The notes beneath the pieces are model-generated. The model had not been told where the DNA came from and did not search any database. It saw nothing but the letters and a program-made list of their open reading frames with translations. DNA of 64,000 nt from Octopus vulgaris (lineage: Eukaryota). Of this stretch, positions 26,232-41,135 are shown piece by piece. Within the stretch, counting starts at the first letter, position 1. Each line of letters begins with the position of its first letter. The DNA lies in contig OX597830.1 of the NCBI GenBank assembly GCA_951406725.2, forward strand, positions 42,594,001 to 42,658,000, given 5' to 3'. The position numbers and the translations under genes were made by a program.

Positions 26232-28633
26232 ATGTATTTGTTGGCAGATTAGATGCACTTTTCTTATTTTTAAATGTATCAAAAAATTGCCCTGTGTCTA
26301 ATGTGGCCGTATTATGGATGGGAGGCCAAGCGCCATAGGCTTGGGAGCCAGACAAGTATACTGGGTAAGTTTGCTAGGCATGAAAATTGTTGTTAATAAT
26401 AAAATAATGCAAAACAAGCCAAATTGTTACAGTAAATTGTGTTACTAATAATAAAATATTGAAAACAAGCCGAATCATCACAGTCTGTTATCACAAACTT
26501 AAGAGAAATTAATTACAATATGTTGACAGTTATGAGGGAAGCTCATATCATCTCACTTACCTCCTTCCCCAACATACATAACCCTGATATATGTATGCAT
26601 TATTTAATGACTGGGTTACCTTTAAGAAACATTTGTTCATTATCTAAATGAAAAATGCTCCTAGAAATAGCAGCCATTTGCAATGATCAGATCAGATGAT
26701 GTGTCAGAGGCTTTACTTTTACAACAGCCCCCTCTTTCCTGTTGTGTTCCTTTCTTGGTCATTCACTTTTGTTTGGCTCTTTTAATCCTTTTTCTCTTAT
26801 TTTCCACACTGTGGCCTGTCATGGTAACACAAAACATCACATCCAGATATACGAGTTTCACATCCTGTATTGCAATTCTCTTGCTCAAAATATAAACAAC
26901 TACACAGCTGATCTGAGAAGAGGCAAGAGTAGGGGTACAGTTTCCCATAACATACTGGTAAGTTTATTTACGGTAAATTTCATACAGAGTCCAAACCCAT
27001 GGCTGAAAAACAAAAAAGGCACTGTTATAACATCAAATTTAAACCAGATGTCACAGCATATGCAAAAGACCATGCTAATAGGGCAGCTGCTTGGTATTTT
27101 GGTCCACCACCAACTGAGAAAATGGTAAGGACATGGAGGGAACAAGAGGAGCAGCAGAAAGTTGCTAAACATAGCAAATACTGCCTCTGTAGGGGAGTTG
27201 TTAAGTGGCCTGAGCTAGAAGAAGAATCAAAAACATGGGATTTAGACCAAAGAAGACCAACCTTTTCAGTATCCGCTAAAATGATTATGTACCATTTAAG
27301 ATTTATAGTAATGGATAGAGTTATCATGATGCTACAGATTTGAGGAGAAATAACCTCTGTATGAGGGCTAGGACAAGAATAGCACCAAAAAAATGTCCCC
27401 TGAATACAGAGACTAAATACTTAAGTTTCACAAGTATGTCATTAATGCAAGAAAAGTAGTTAATTTTGAACTTTCATAGATAACATATATAGATGAAGTC
27501 TCTTTGACATTTGATATGCCACCAAACAAGATGGTAGAATGCGAGGGTGCTAAAACTGTGACTGTTAAAACATGTGACCATGAAAAGACACACTACACAG
27601 TTGTATTGGTATGCTGCACTGGTGGCACAAAACTACCAACTTTTTTAATTTTTAAAAGAAAGACATTGCCTAAAGAAAGGATACCTAATGGTATTTATGC
27701 TGATGTCCACCCAAAAAGTTGGATGAATGAGGGGAGAGTGAAATTGTGGCTTGATAAAGTGTGGTCCAGGTGTCCTTGTGGACTATTAAAGAAACTTGCT
27801 CTATTAATTTGGGACTAGTTTTTGGCTCATAGAACTGAGCTTAAGAAGGAACTTGGAGAACTGAGGACCAAGTTAGCTGTAATAATTCCAAGTGGCCTAA
27901 CCAGCTAGTTACAGTCTTTAGATGTTTCAATCAATAAATCATTTAAAAAATTCATGCAGGAGGAGTGGAGCAAGTGGATGCAGCCTTCAGATTTTGAAGT
28001 GACACTAACAGGAAGAAGGAAGAGGTCTACTATTACACAGGCGTGTGGGTGGGCAAAAAGTTCATGGAATGCTGTAAAAGAAGAAGCAGTTGTGAAAGCA
28101 TTTAAAAAATGTGGCATTAGTAAAGCCCATGGTGGTACTGAAAACAATTTATTGTTTGAAAAAGATATTGATGACCAAGGTCCTATTGCAGAGAATTCCA
28201 CTAATTAAAAGAGTACTGGTAACATGGATGGCAAGAGTGAGAATGAGTAACTGCAGCTATTAATAGGAATTCATCACATTTATTGTACTTTGCTGATTGG
28301 TTTCTAGCAGTTTTTATCAGTATATTTGCTTTTCGTTTGCATAGATCAGGGCTCATTGATACCAATGTATATTACTTTCTTACCATGGAAAATTTAATTT
28401 AGTTTAAAGGTAAGTGTAAAGTTACATATAGTTTCATACTTTATTCCACTAAACAGTCACAATATTGTACTTCATGCACAGGATCATACAATTTTTTCCT
28501 ACAAAATCACTTCAAAATATCTTTCAATAAATGTATGATGAAACATACTAAAATTGTTTCTTTCCACAAAATATCCTTGTAAAATAGGGGTGCATCTTAT
28601 ATGAGGGTGTATCCCATGTGCCAGCAAATATGG
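26232..28633 (+). mobile_element. Decayed full-length pogo-family DNA transposon (about 2.4 kb)
   Basis: Brinker-like DBD MAEKQKRHCYNIKFK...ANRAAA, KWPELEE, DEV.LTFDMP, HEKTHYTVVL...GTKLP, LIWD, LQSLDVSINKSFK, AFKKCGIS. Imperfect TIRs: tatttgttggcagattagatgcac (left) versus gtgtatcccatgtgccagcaaata-tggTA (right). Confidence 0.87.
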
Positions 28634-28879
28634 TATGTCATCAAACGAAAGAAAGTCTTTGTTAAATACAAATTTTCAACGTAATGATATAGGAATGCAG
28701 AGTCAAAATTTTAAAAGATTATGGAAGATAATAACGACAAAATTAAATTAACAGGAGGATTTTCTAATAAATTGAAGGGAATTTTAGTAAAGTAAATATT
28801 GAATAAACATTATTAGTATCTAAATAATTTCCAAACATAAATTATCGTCATGTGGTATTGAAAAGTCTTTGACCTTCCA

Positions 28880-31270
28880 CTGTTTTTTTTTTGGTGGGTG
28901 TGTGGGGGCTCTAGTCATATCTGGTCTCCTTGTTTCAACAGTGTGGTCAGTCTTTATGGAGAAATGCCATAAAATCTTGTACTTGTCATTCCCAATCATA
29001 ATCCTTGGCTTGTATTCATACCACTTCTTTTGTCACTTCATGTCCACAATCTTGGGTATTATCCCAATGCATTTTTTAACTTGATACAGCCATACCTGAG
29101 TTTATACTCCTTTTACATAAACTTGCTGGACTTAGGAAATGGTAAATACTTTCATGTTTTTTCCACAGATTCTGTATTTGCTCTCTGACTAAGTTTTATT
29201 AAACTGTCTCTAAGTTTGTTTATCAAATTTATCAAGTTTGTTCTAAGGGTTTGTGCTTGGGCAGCTATAATCAACAATTCAGTTTTTTTGTTTCAGGTTT
29301 CCATCTGTCAATCACAACCAACATTTTACTTTGTTTCCAGCATTCTCAGCTTATTGCATGAATTAGCTATACAATTTCTCCTCTTTCCAACTATTTGTCC
29401 AACCATTCTTCTTTCTGCCACTGAATTTTCTAACTCTTTCTGTGACTTTTGAGATATTTCTGGATGCAGACAATATTTTTATCTTCACTACATACAACAC
29501 AGTTCTTCAAACCCAATATTGCAATATTGATGGTATCTTCTGTGTTTCACAAACCCCTGCCTCCTTCTGTTCTTGGTAAGTAGAGAATGCCAATATTGCT
29601 CTTGGAGTAGTGCATTCTGTGAGCAGCTTCCTAATTCTTCTATATAATTCCTATAGCTCTGTCTTTGTCCACTTTAGAAAAGAAGCAGAGTATTTTGACA
29701 CATGCATGGACATTACCTACATTTAGTTTGTTTCCAACACCTTCCTAATTCTTCTCTTGTACACTTTGGAGACTGTCTCCCTCATTTCTCTTTCTGTTAT
29801 TCTGTCATCCTGCAGCATCCCTAAGTACTTCTATCTTTCATGATTTCTCAGTAGTCTAGCACTGTTTTATGGCACCTTTATACCACCAAATTTAATCTTT
29901 TGGCTTCTCTTCATAATCAACACTGCACACTTGTTCATCCCAAAATTCTATCCTAATTTCTCCATATACTTATTCTTATTGACTGAAAAAGAGAATCTAG
30001 GCCTTTTTAATTTTTGGTGCTCAGTTTAAGGTCATCCATATATATATATATATATATAGCAGATGATTTATTTTCACCTTGGTCTCAAGAAAGACATGCA
30101 GGCCTGGATTTTCTCAATATTCTTGTCAGAAAAACTGATGCAATCACAAAAAGTAATGGAAAGAGTAAGTCTCTCTGAAATACATTCCCTCTGTTTTCCC
30201 ACTCTCTAATGATTCCCTACCATTTTTCAGTTCTACTTCCTATGATTTCATTGCTCCTTCAAAAGAACTTGTTAATTTCCTCATTGATCCTGAATATCCT
30301 CAGAGGAACTCCAAGAGCCAACAGTATGGTACATTACTGCATGCTTTCTTGTTGCCCATCCACCCAACAGTCAGGTTCTTTATTTGTACCTCACTTAGTA
30401 TCATGCTATTGATCTATTACAGATCAGCAGTTCCGTTTGACTTCTTTCTGCCTCCCTTTTGCTCTTCTGTTAATAGATTCTTCTTCTCAAAGTTATACAC
30501 TATGAGGCCGATTAGCAATTTCCAGAGTAATGGTAAGCATGGAATAGGTCTATAATTACTGACCCTTCTTTTTCTTTGTCCTTCTGTATTAGCACTGTAC
30601 TTACTTTTATCATCCACACTGGTTTTTCCATTTTATGTACAGTCAGTAAGGAATGATTATATACTTAAGAGATTCTTAAACCAGAATCTCTGAACACCTT
30701 TCGGTCCAGGACTTTTTGGTTTCATTTTAAACATTTTTTCCATATTCTCTGCTGTAATATTTATTTTTTCTTATTTTGATCTATTTTCCATTTCATTTTT
30801 AAAATTCCATAACCAATCTACTTCCCTGTTATGATGAACCTTATTGCACCAAGTATTTAACCAAAAGTTTCTTGCTAATTCACTATTTGGCACTTCATTC
30901 TTCAGAAGTACATTCTCATTATTCTGTGATTGGTAAAATTTCCTTTCACTGTTCCTGAAGACCTTGTTTCTGCTAAACTTGTTTCTTTGTCATCTTTCTC
31001 CATCTTTTTATAAATTATATCTATCCTTCCAAGATCTCAACTAAGTTGATCAAATTGATTCTCAAGTCTCCATTTCCACTATGGGACTTTGATCCGTTAT
31101 TAACATTTTTTTTTTTTGCTTGACCTCCAAGAAATTCGACAGTGAGAGAGGCTACACAGGAAATGTTTATTTACATCTGTTATATTTTCAAAATAGATTT
31201 TCTTTAAGAGCTCATCCAACCTCTTTACTACTTTGCTCACTTATTCACTTTAGATTTCTCTTAAAACTCA
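28880..31270 (-). mobile_element. Highly degenerate R4/Dong-type LINE
   Basis: NYRPIPCLPLLWKLLIGLI, EEQKGGRK, YMDDLKL, KYLGML on the minus strand; abuts a TCA/TAG microsatellite; boundaries approximate. Confidence 0.78.
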
Positions 31271-31381
31271 TAATTTGGTTATTATCACCATTGTCATCAT
31301 TGTCATCGGTGTTGTTGATATTATTATCATTATTATTATCATCATCATCATCATCTTCGTCGTCGTTGTTGTTGTTAGTGT

Positions 31382-31435
<54 letters not shown>

Positions 31436-32700
31436 AAGTAGTAGTAGTTTTAGTATTTATTAGCTTTGTTTTATGACATACAAGGCCTTTTTTTTTTTAA
31501 TCAGTCATGTCACATTCCTGAAAATAACACCTGCTAATTCCCACAAATCAACAACAAATTCAGCGGCAGCAGCTGCAACAAAAGCAACAACAACAACAGC
31601 AGCAACATTTACCACTTCCACTCAGATAGACAAATCCTAGTAAAACCCTTGCTTCAATGTTTCATGATTTTGAATAGCAAATGTAAAAATGTTTGTTACA
31701 GTACAGTATTAATACACACACACACACACACGTACGTACGTATGTATGTATGTATGTGTATATGTATGTATGTATATGTATATGTGCATATATAGATATT
31801 TGTTCACACACACGTGTATTTTATATACATGTGTGTGTGTCTGTGTTAGAACCATCAAACTGCTTTGACTAACAGTCTAAAAATATATTTAAATAATATA
31901 AAAACTAGTTTGCTTTTTTTTTTATAAAAATGAATAAAATACTCTTGATATGTTTTAGTTTTAGTATATTTTGTTACACCTGAAAGGTTCGAGCACACAA
32001 AATTTTGTAATAAAATATTCAATATATTCTGCTTGTATAAGTAAGCTTTTTTATATTTATTTATTAAATATATATATATATATATACATACATATATATA
32101 ACATATATACATATATATGTATATATACATATTTATAAATAATATATGTATAATACATACATACATACATACATACATGTATTTAAAATATGTATTTATT
32201 TGTGTGGGGTTTTGGTGGGGAATTTTTTTTAATTGTATATTTTCCATGCCAGTTCATAGAAATAAAACATCCTTATCTGATATCCATGTTTATATTGAGT
32301 CATCCATGAGAAAAGGAAAAAAAAAACCTTATCTTTCAAACTGCATCCTACACATAACTATAAAGATCAATAATTCTGTCTTCAGAACACTTCAAACCTG
32401 TCATCTTAAACTGGAGAAATTCTTCAGGTTAGACAGAACATTAGGCAGTATAATATTGATTTTTAACATAGGCACAAGGGCCTCAAATTTGGAGGAAAAG
32501 GGAAAAGTTGAATCTATCAATCCTAGTATTTTTAATTTATCAACCATGGAAGGATGAAAAGCAAGGTTTTCTTTGAAGAAATTACACAAGGCTTCAAATT
32601 ATTAGTGATCTCTATATTTGGTTGTATTTTACCAAACCTGAAAGGATGGAAAATAAAGGTGACCTTGATGAAACTGTATGAGACCTCATATTTTTCATGA

Positions 32701-32752
<52 letters not shown>

Positions 32753-33479
32753 AATCCAAAAAAGACAAAGAACAAACACAAAAAACAACAACGTGAGGAC
32801 ATGGTACATGTAAAGTATTAGCAGACACTCAGGGAAGGAAAGAAAGATGGCTTAATGTTTCAAGCAAAGCTCCTCTTCAGAAACAGAGGAAAGTCCAATA
32901 GAAAGGAAGATGGAAGAAAAAAATTGCCAATGATTCACAAGTGGTTACATTTTGAAAAAAAAAACATATATATATATATACATACACACTGCTGCCACTG
33001 CCACAATCATCATCATCCCATCAGCAGCATCATCATCATCATTTAGCATCCATTTTCCATACTGACATGGGTTGGTCAGTTTGCCAGGAGCTGGCAAGTG
33101 AGAAGACAGCATCCAACTCTACTAACTGCTTTGACATGGTTACTACAGCTTGCTACTCTTCCTAATGCCAAACATTTTCACAGAGTGCAGTGGGTGCTTT
33201 TCTTATACATGGCACCAGCAGCAGTTGGGGTCAGAAAGTAACTTGTAAGACAAGATCTTTCAACTGAGAGAGAGAGAGTAGCATTGAGGAAAGTGGCTTT
33301 GTGCCAGGTGATGAGAGGTTAGAGTATGAACAAGGGGACAGAAACAGGTACCTTGCTGTAGAGGAGATACATGGCTATCCTAATTGGGAAAAGGAAAGAG
33401 GAAAGAGAGGGAGGGGGGAGAGAGGTAGGGAGGGAGGGAAGGAGAGAGAGAGAGAGAAGATAGTGAAGATGTGTTGGGA

Positions 33480-34240
33480 GTGCCCTCAAGTTACAGGAAG
33501 GTGCATACAAGGGAATTGTCGACAGCGATTTGCGTTGGACAAAACACATTGCTAAAATTGCCAAGAAAGCTGAGGGTGTCTTGGCATCACTCACCAAGTC
33601 CTTTGTGAGCTGCTCTCCGGCTATCTATCTGCAGCTTTAAATAGCTATGGTACGACCTCACCTGGAATTTGCATCACCGGTCTGGAACCCCTATCTTGCC
33701 CAGGATATTAATCGTCTAGAAGCCGTTCAGCAACGTGCAACCAAGAGAATACCCTCCATCAGGCATTTGCCATATTCTGAATGCCTTACTTCCCTGGGCA
33801 TGGACACATTGAAACTCCGACGTCTGGCAGCTGACTTGGCAGACACCCATAAAATTATTAACTATCTTACAAACAATAACTCTGAGCACCTTTTCAAACT
33901 CCACCTGTCTAACACCCGTGGACATGTTTTCAAAGTCATAAAACAGCACAGCTCCCATGACTTTCGGAAACATTTTTTCACACTGAGTTGCTGAAGCATG
34001 GAACAGACTGCCGGCATCAGTTGTTAGTTGTCAGAGCACTGCATCCTTCAAAACTTCCATGCTTCCTGAGATTCACCAACACTACACCTGATTTTCTCCC
34101 CTACATACACACACAAGCATGTATCTGACTAATACACTGTTTGCTTTCCAGACATTTGTACATTACTGCATATACTTTACACGCACTTTTAACAAGTTGT
34201 GGTGCACCTGAGCACTGTATACAATAATTTCATTATTATT
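33480..34240 (+). mobile_element. CR1-clade LINE 3' fragment with 3' UTR and (ATT)n tail
   Basis: VRPHLEFASPVWNPY...LEAVQQRATK, LKLRR...D, TRGH, RKHFFT; tail cactgtatacaataatttcattattatt. Confidence 0.9.
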
Positions 34241-35383
34241 ATATATATGAAGTGATAGAAGACTGGATAGGTTAAGTGGGCAGGTAAGTTCATGAGAGTG
34301 CAGAAGATAAGTGAGAGATAGAGGGGAGGGGAATGCAGTACTTGGACCTCAGAACATTGAACCTTTTGGATGAGATGACAAAGGGTCAAGATACCTGACA
34401 CCTTGCTGTACTCAAGAAGACTCATTCTCCACAGCAGAAGTGTTAAGGTCAGTCCACCTGGTGAAGAGGATTGACCTTCAAGAGTCCTGTGCTGGTGCCA
34501 CGTAAATGGCAATTATGCCAGTGCAATGTTAATAGCACCCAGCACACCCCGTAAAGTGGTTGGCGTTAGGAAGGGTGTCCAGCCATAGAACCCAAACCAA
34601 AACAGACTGGAACCTGGTACGGCTCTCTGGTCAAACTGTCCAACCCATGCCAGCATGGAAAATCGATGTTAAAGGATGATGATGATGATGGTGAGGAGGA
34701 AGAGGTTGATTTCTAGTACAATGAAGGTCAAAATCGATTCTGGAGAAATTCGAACTTGAAATATAGATAATCATAACTAAACACCAAAAGAGTATTGTTT
34801 CATTCACCATTGTTTCTGCTAATCTTGAATGCTTATTCTTCTTACTTTCCCTTCCATTCCCTACGGTACATTAGTCCATCCTTGAATAGCTTCAAGTGTC
34901 ATGTCAGTTATTCTATGAGAAGATACTGCTAGGACTTTGTGCCACCCTTCTCTATTGCTAGAGTAAGGAACATTATGACTGGTTCCCACCAGAGAGAAAG
35001 ATGGGAGTTAACTTTATTATTTCACTGGTACTTCAGTTTAGATCCCAAAAAGGATAAAAGCAAAAGTTGACCATAGCAAGATTTGAACTCAGTGGTGAGA
35101 AAAGTAGAACAAATACTGCAAAGCATTCAGTCAGATGGTTTAACAACTCACCCAACACACAGTATAATATTGGTTTCAAATTTTGGCACAGGGCCAGCAA
35201 TTTCGCGAAACTGAGTAAATCAATTACATCAACCCCAGTAATCAACTGGTATTTATTTTATCGACCATGAGAAAATGAAAGGCAAAATTGATTTCAACAG
35301 AATTTGAACTCAGAATATAAAGATGGATGAAATGTTGCTAAGCATGTTGCCCGATGTGCTAACAATTCTGCCAACTTGCCAAC

Positions 35384-35939
35384 TTAACCCCTTTGATTAC
35401 CAACCCAGCTGAAACCATCTCTGGCTCTGTTCTACAAATGTCTTATTTTCATAAGTTTTTAATTAAAAATCTTCCACAAAACCTTAGTTACAATTTATGT
35501 TCTTAACACTAGCTTAATGATAACTTAATGATAACTAAAATTTCCCCAAGGCACCTGATGAAGGGTGGAGGGTATATCAGCTGAAACATTGTGTTAACAA
35601 CAAACAAGATGAGGACAAATATCTGTCAGTTGTAAATAATGTACATAATTCCTCATCTCTTAAATATAGAACTGATAACTAAGTTATTTTACTAGATTCT
35701 TTGTTATATTTAACCTGTTTGTTACCAACCCAGCTGAAACTGCCTCTGGCTCTGTAGTACAAATGTTTTGTTTCCATAAGTTTTGAATTAAAACCTTCTA
35801 CCAAACCTTAGTCACAATTTATGTTCCTAACACTAGCTGAATGATAACTAAGTTATTTTATTAAATTATTTCTTATATTTAAAATTAATTGAAAGAAACA
35901 CAGAGCATCTCAACAGAAATATGGTAACAAAAGGGTTAA
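35384..35939. mobile_element. Two tandem or nested copies of the TTAA MITE, the first interrupted by a Penelope-type repeat
   Basis: ttaaccc...taccaacccagctgaaac starts occur near 35384 and 35710; one aaagggttaa end; foreign insert at about 35535-35672. Confidence 0.8.
35551..35594 (+). ncRNA. Minimal hammerhead-like motif, partly decayed
   Basis: GCAC-CUGAUGA-A-GGGUGG...UCAGCU-GAAAC-AUU-GUGU. Confidence 0.58.
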
Positions 35940-37453
35940 ACTCACAGTACAATATTGCAATATGAACTGAAATTTAGAAATATTCTTAGAGAGGAAATTA
36001 TGCATTCTGAATAAAGAATATGAAGATATACAAGAAGAATAGGAAAGGTGGAGAGAAAAATATATAGGAGCTGATACAAATAACTGCTAAATCTATAAAC
36101 ACACAAATACAATACACATGTGCATACACACACACACATGCACATACACACATGTACACACAGACACACCTAATTCAATTTAAAACTACAACTGCAGCAT
36201 AAATTGCAATAATAATTTCAAAATGTATTTCAAAATGACAAAAGTGGTGTTTAATAATAAATATACAATGATACATGTATGAAATCTTAATATGCACACA
36301 GATAAGTATTACCTCCGTGTTCATCAAAGGGCTTCTCTCTCAGTTTTTATGATGCTTGTGTACAAAGTGTGGTGCTATATGATGGTGAAACATGATCAAT
36401 GAATGTGGAGGATGTGCAAATGATGTAGTCACAATAATTAAATGGGCTCAACTGGATGTCTAATGTTCATATGATTAAGAATGTTGCTACAGTTATGACA
36501 GCACAAGTGCCTCTGCTGTGTCAAACCTCTGAGACTTTAATTAAAAATTTTTACCCAGTCCTGTCTTCCCACAACAGCAGTTCTCTGATCTCCCTCCCAC
36601 TGATGTGTTTTTCTTGCAAACAGAACTCAACACATATTCAAACTGAACATGAATAGCACTGAGTTCACTAACCTGGAATGACATGGAAACGTCAGGAGCA
36701 CCCGCTCCTCGTCTCCTTTAATTAAATTATAAACAAACTATTGAGAAAAAGTTTCATTGTTGACAGCTTGATGTTGTAGTAAGAACACCAAACTGTAAGA
36801 ACAATTATTTCAGCAGCGAGGCAAGACACAGCAAGGTTATTATTTAGTTCCATACCAGTCCTTATGAAGCAGATCTATGATTTCTCCCTGTTCAAGCGTC
36901 CAATAGCCACACACACACACACACACACGCACAGGTGCGAGGATATCGAACTCACTTCATAACCACACGGTTTTGAGTTCTATCCCTTTGTGTGACACTC
37001 GGCACAAGTATGTTCTATAATGGCCTTGTACTGACCAATGCCCTTTTGAGTAGAATTGGTAGCTGCAAACTGAATAAAAATTAGTTGAAGACTTTACACC
37101 ATCTCATGAATCAAACACTTCAGAAAAAATCACAACTTCAGAAGAAATTATGTATTTCACGGCTTTCTATAAACTTCCAACAATCTTATAATTTATAAAC
37201 TGGAATTTCCATGGCTATTGCAAGAAGTTCATTAGCATTTTAGAATTAGTATAAATAATAACTGTACAGTAAATGGCTCCTTCGTTTCAGTACTGAATTT
37301 AGGTCCCTCCAGCAATATGTTGCACATCTATAAATGTCACTGTCCCTCTGGTTGTGTATCTGCTGCTCAAGCATCATCTTTTAATATTCATTTTCCATGC
37401 TGGCAGGGCTTGGAAGGGTCATCACAGTTTGAGCTACCTTCCAAACACTAGGT

Positions 37454-37505
37454 CAGTGATTCCCAACCTGTGGTCCCTGAACAAAATTCAAAATTTCATA
37501 TATGT

Positions 37506-37558
<53 letters not shown>

Positions 37559-37642
37559 ACGATAAGCATATTAAAAGGGGTCCATAGGAAAACTCATTTA
37601 AATAAAAGAGGTCCTTGGTAGTGAGAAGGTTGGGAACCACTG
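37454..37642. mobile_element. hAT (Charlie/Buster-type) MITE, 189 bp
   Basis: TIRs CAGTGATTCCCAACCT / AGGTTGGGAACCACTG; perfect 8-bp TSD CACTAGGT (37446-37453, 37643-37650) with central TA. Confidence 0.93.
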
Positions 37643-40229
37643 CACTAGGTGCTCATGCGTGTCATGTAGTTTCGTTTTCACAGCTGGCTGCACTTCCTTT
37701 TGGCAACTACTTAACATAGTGTACTGGGTACATGTTCTCATGGCACCAATATTAGAGAAGTTGAAAAGTCCTCAGTGAGATAGGATTAGGGGGGCATCAC
37801 AACCCTAAACTTTCTCTGCTAATTTAGCCAACAACTTACATTGTGAACAGAGAGTGGTTTAGGCTTGTACGAGAGCACTCAGTAGCTAAAGCATTTAACT
37901 GAGATAGAGATGGGAAAGGGAGAGGAAAGAATGATGTCCGAAGGGTCAGATATAGGCATTATTCTTCTATTATTTTATTCATTTCAGACATTTGACTGCA
38001 GCCATACAGGAACACCACCTTGAAGGGTTTTTTAGTCAAATGAATTGATCCCAGGACTTATTTGTTAAGCCTAGTATTTATTCTATCAGTCTCTTTTACT
38101 GAACCGCTAAGTTACAGGGATACAGACACACCAATTCCAGTTGTTAAGTGGTGATGGTGGGGGACAAACACAAAGACACACACATGTATATACAACAGGT
38201 TTCTTTCAGTTTCCATCTACCAAATCCACTTACAAGGCTTTGGTCAGCCCAGAGCTATAGTAGAAGACACTTGCCCAAAGTACCTTGCAGTGGAACCTTG
38301 GGCAAGTGTCTTCTACTCTCCAGTGTGGGAAAGATATCACATCGTCCTTATTATCATCTAATGTCCACTTTTCCATGCTTGTATGAGTTGGATGGAATTT
38401 GCTGAGGCAAATTTTCTATGATCCTTCCTGTCACCAACCTTCACCTGTTTCCAAGTAAGGTAATATTTCCTTGTGGCCAGATTCACTTTTCATGAAAGAC
38501 TGGAACAAACAACATCACTTTTATGACAATTACACTTATTTACAATCATCATGTGATGGCAAGACAAGAGCACACACACACATATACATGGGGTAAAGAC
38601 CCACTTGGGTTATGAATGACTATGAGGTTGCACCTAGAAAGTTACTCTCTGAGGCACAAATCTGGGCAAGGTTGTTTATGGAAGACCAGCAGTCACCCAT
38701 GCATATCAGCCTCCCCTCTACACACCACCGATGTTATCCAATGGAAAGGCAAAGGCTGATATAGCTTGGCACCAGTGATGTCACAACTCATTTCTACATC
38801 CGAGTGGATTGGAGTAATGTGAAATAAAGTGTCTTGCTCAAGAACACAACACACAGCCCAGTCTGGGTATCAAACTCACTGCCTCATGATTGTTAGCTTG
38901 ATGCTCTAACCACTGAGTCATGTGCCTTCACATATATACACAAAATGGGCTTCTTTCAGTTACTATCAAATCTTCTCACAAGGTTTTGATCAGCTGAGAG
39001 CTATAGTAAAAGACACATGCTCAAGTTGCTAAGCAGTAGAATTGAACTCAAGATCACATGGTTGATAAGCAAGCTTCTTAACTATACAGTCATACCTGTA
39101 CCTACCATGTTAACAATTATGGTTACCAGTCTGCCAAGGGAAGAGGCTTGGGTTAGTCTTTTATTAATTTAACAAAATTTTTTAAAAATAAATTTAGAAA
39201 TTATCTACACAGTCCTTTACAATAACAATATTGCTTCCTGAAAATATCAAATGTTGAAATTTACATCGTAATTTAAATACCTAACAATAATTATCAAAAT
39301 GAAAGAAACACTTTCAATTATTTCACAAGAATCAGAACCAGTGGAGCATTAAGTTAAGCTCCAACTCCAAATACCTCGGATATCATCCATCAGGTTTGTT
39401 TGTCACCCAGGTATTTGGGTCAATGGAGCAGCATGGCCTTGAGCTAGTCTCAGAAACAGAATTTGAGGGCTTTGCATAGCCTGATGCCTGAAACCAACTC
39501 AGCAAACTGAAGTTGGCGGGGGAGGCACATTTGAGGCAATACATATGTGTCCTGACCTGCTCGATGGCTAGATGTTAGCCTCACAGAACTACTTCATACT
39601 GACAGAAGGGGCAAGGATGGGTTACTGGTGCCCCAAAACCAGTTGCTTACAGGTAAATGGAGCTCGTCAGCCTGGAAAGCAGTCCATCTAAGAGAAGGAA
39701 TATCTGAAAGAAAACCATTAGTGCTATGTGGGCTGGCATGAACAAGGCGGATCTCGATTATATCGCTTTTATTTAGTAATAAGAATGAGGAGTGAAGAGA
39801 TAAAATAAAAAGAAAAGGGTGCATTATTAAGGAATACAAAGAGGATGAGCTAGCAAACTGTTAGCATGTCAAAATGTTTTGCAACATTTCTACCACTTTA
39901 TGTTCTGAGTTTAAATCCCATCAACATTGACTTTACCATTCTTGTTTGCAAAATAAGTATCAATCAAGCACTGGGATTGTTATCATTGATCAGCCTTGGG
40001 CCTACAACAGAAATAATTATAATTATACTTTCCAGTTTTATGTTCTGAGTTCAAATTCCACTGAAGCTGAATTTTCCTTCCATCCTTTCAGGGTCAATAA
40101 AATAAGTACCAGTTGAGCACTGGGGTCGATGTAATTGGTGAGGCCCTTCCCCTAAAATTTCAGGCTATGTGTCTATAGTTAGAAAGAATTAAGGAATACA
40201 TAAAAAAATATATAATAAGCAAACAGCTT

Positions 40230-41135
40230 CTATACACTATAGATCTTTCCTAATATAGGTCTGGACGCAACAATGTAACAATGGATCACAGACTGGCAAC
40301 TCAAGCTGGCTGCGGAAAAGTGTGCCACCATGTATTTTGGGAGGAAAAACCCAGCTTTTACATACTTCCTCAACAACATCAATCTTAAGAAGTCTGCTAG
40401 TGAACATGATCTGGATGTTATTGTCAACAGCAATTTACATTGGACAAACCAAATCGCTAAGATTGTCAAGACTGAGGGTGTCTTAGCATCAGTTAGTTAA
40501 GACCTTTGTCAGCTGCTCTCCATCTATCTATTTAAAGCTGCATATGACTATTGTACATCCACACTCTGCATCACCAGTCTGGAACTATCTTGCTCAGCAT
40601 ATTAATTGCTTGGAAACTGTTCAGAAACATGCAACCAAAACGAATACCCACCATCAGGCATCTGCCAAACTCTGAACATCTTGCTTCTTTAGGCACAGAC
40701 CCATTAAAGTTCCAACTAGCAATACTGACTTGGCAAACACCCACAAGACAATCCACCATCTTTTCAACAACAACCTTGGGCACCTTTTTGAATTCCATAT
40801 GTCAAACACTCGTGGACATGCTTACAAAATCTGAAAACAACACAGCACTCATGGCTTTCAGGAACATTTTTTCATGCTCAGAATTGCAGAAGCATGACAT
40901 AAACTACCCACATCAGTTGTTAGCTGTGAGGACACTACATCCTTCAAACCTTCCATGCTCTCAGAAATTCACCAACTCTACAACTGATGCCCCACCACCA
41001 CCACCTTTTTTTTTTAATCTCTCTCAAACAACTCAGTTCCAGTGTATTATTCTGAATACTGTTCAGGCATTTTGGCTGCTTTTTATGATGAGTTTTACCA
41101 GAGCACTGTATACAATAAGTTTATGATTATTACTA
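40230..41135 (+). mobile_element. Older copy of the same CR1-clade LINE 3' end
   Basis: DWQLKLAAEKC, EHDLDVIV, HWTNQI, QPKRIPTIRHLP; collinear with 33480-34240 and same tail. Confidence 0.85.

Noticed and set aside
36690-36717. ctggaatgacatggaaacgtcagg as a hammerhead
   Set aside because: The core is not CUGANGA, stem II is essentially absent, and there is no repeat context.
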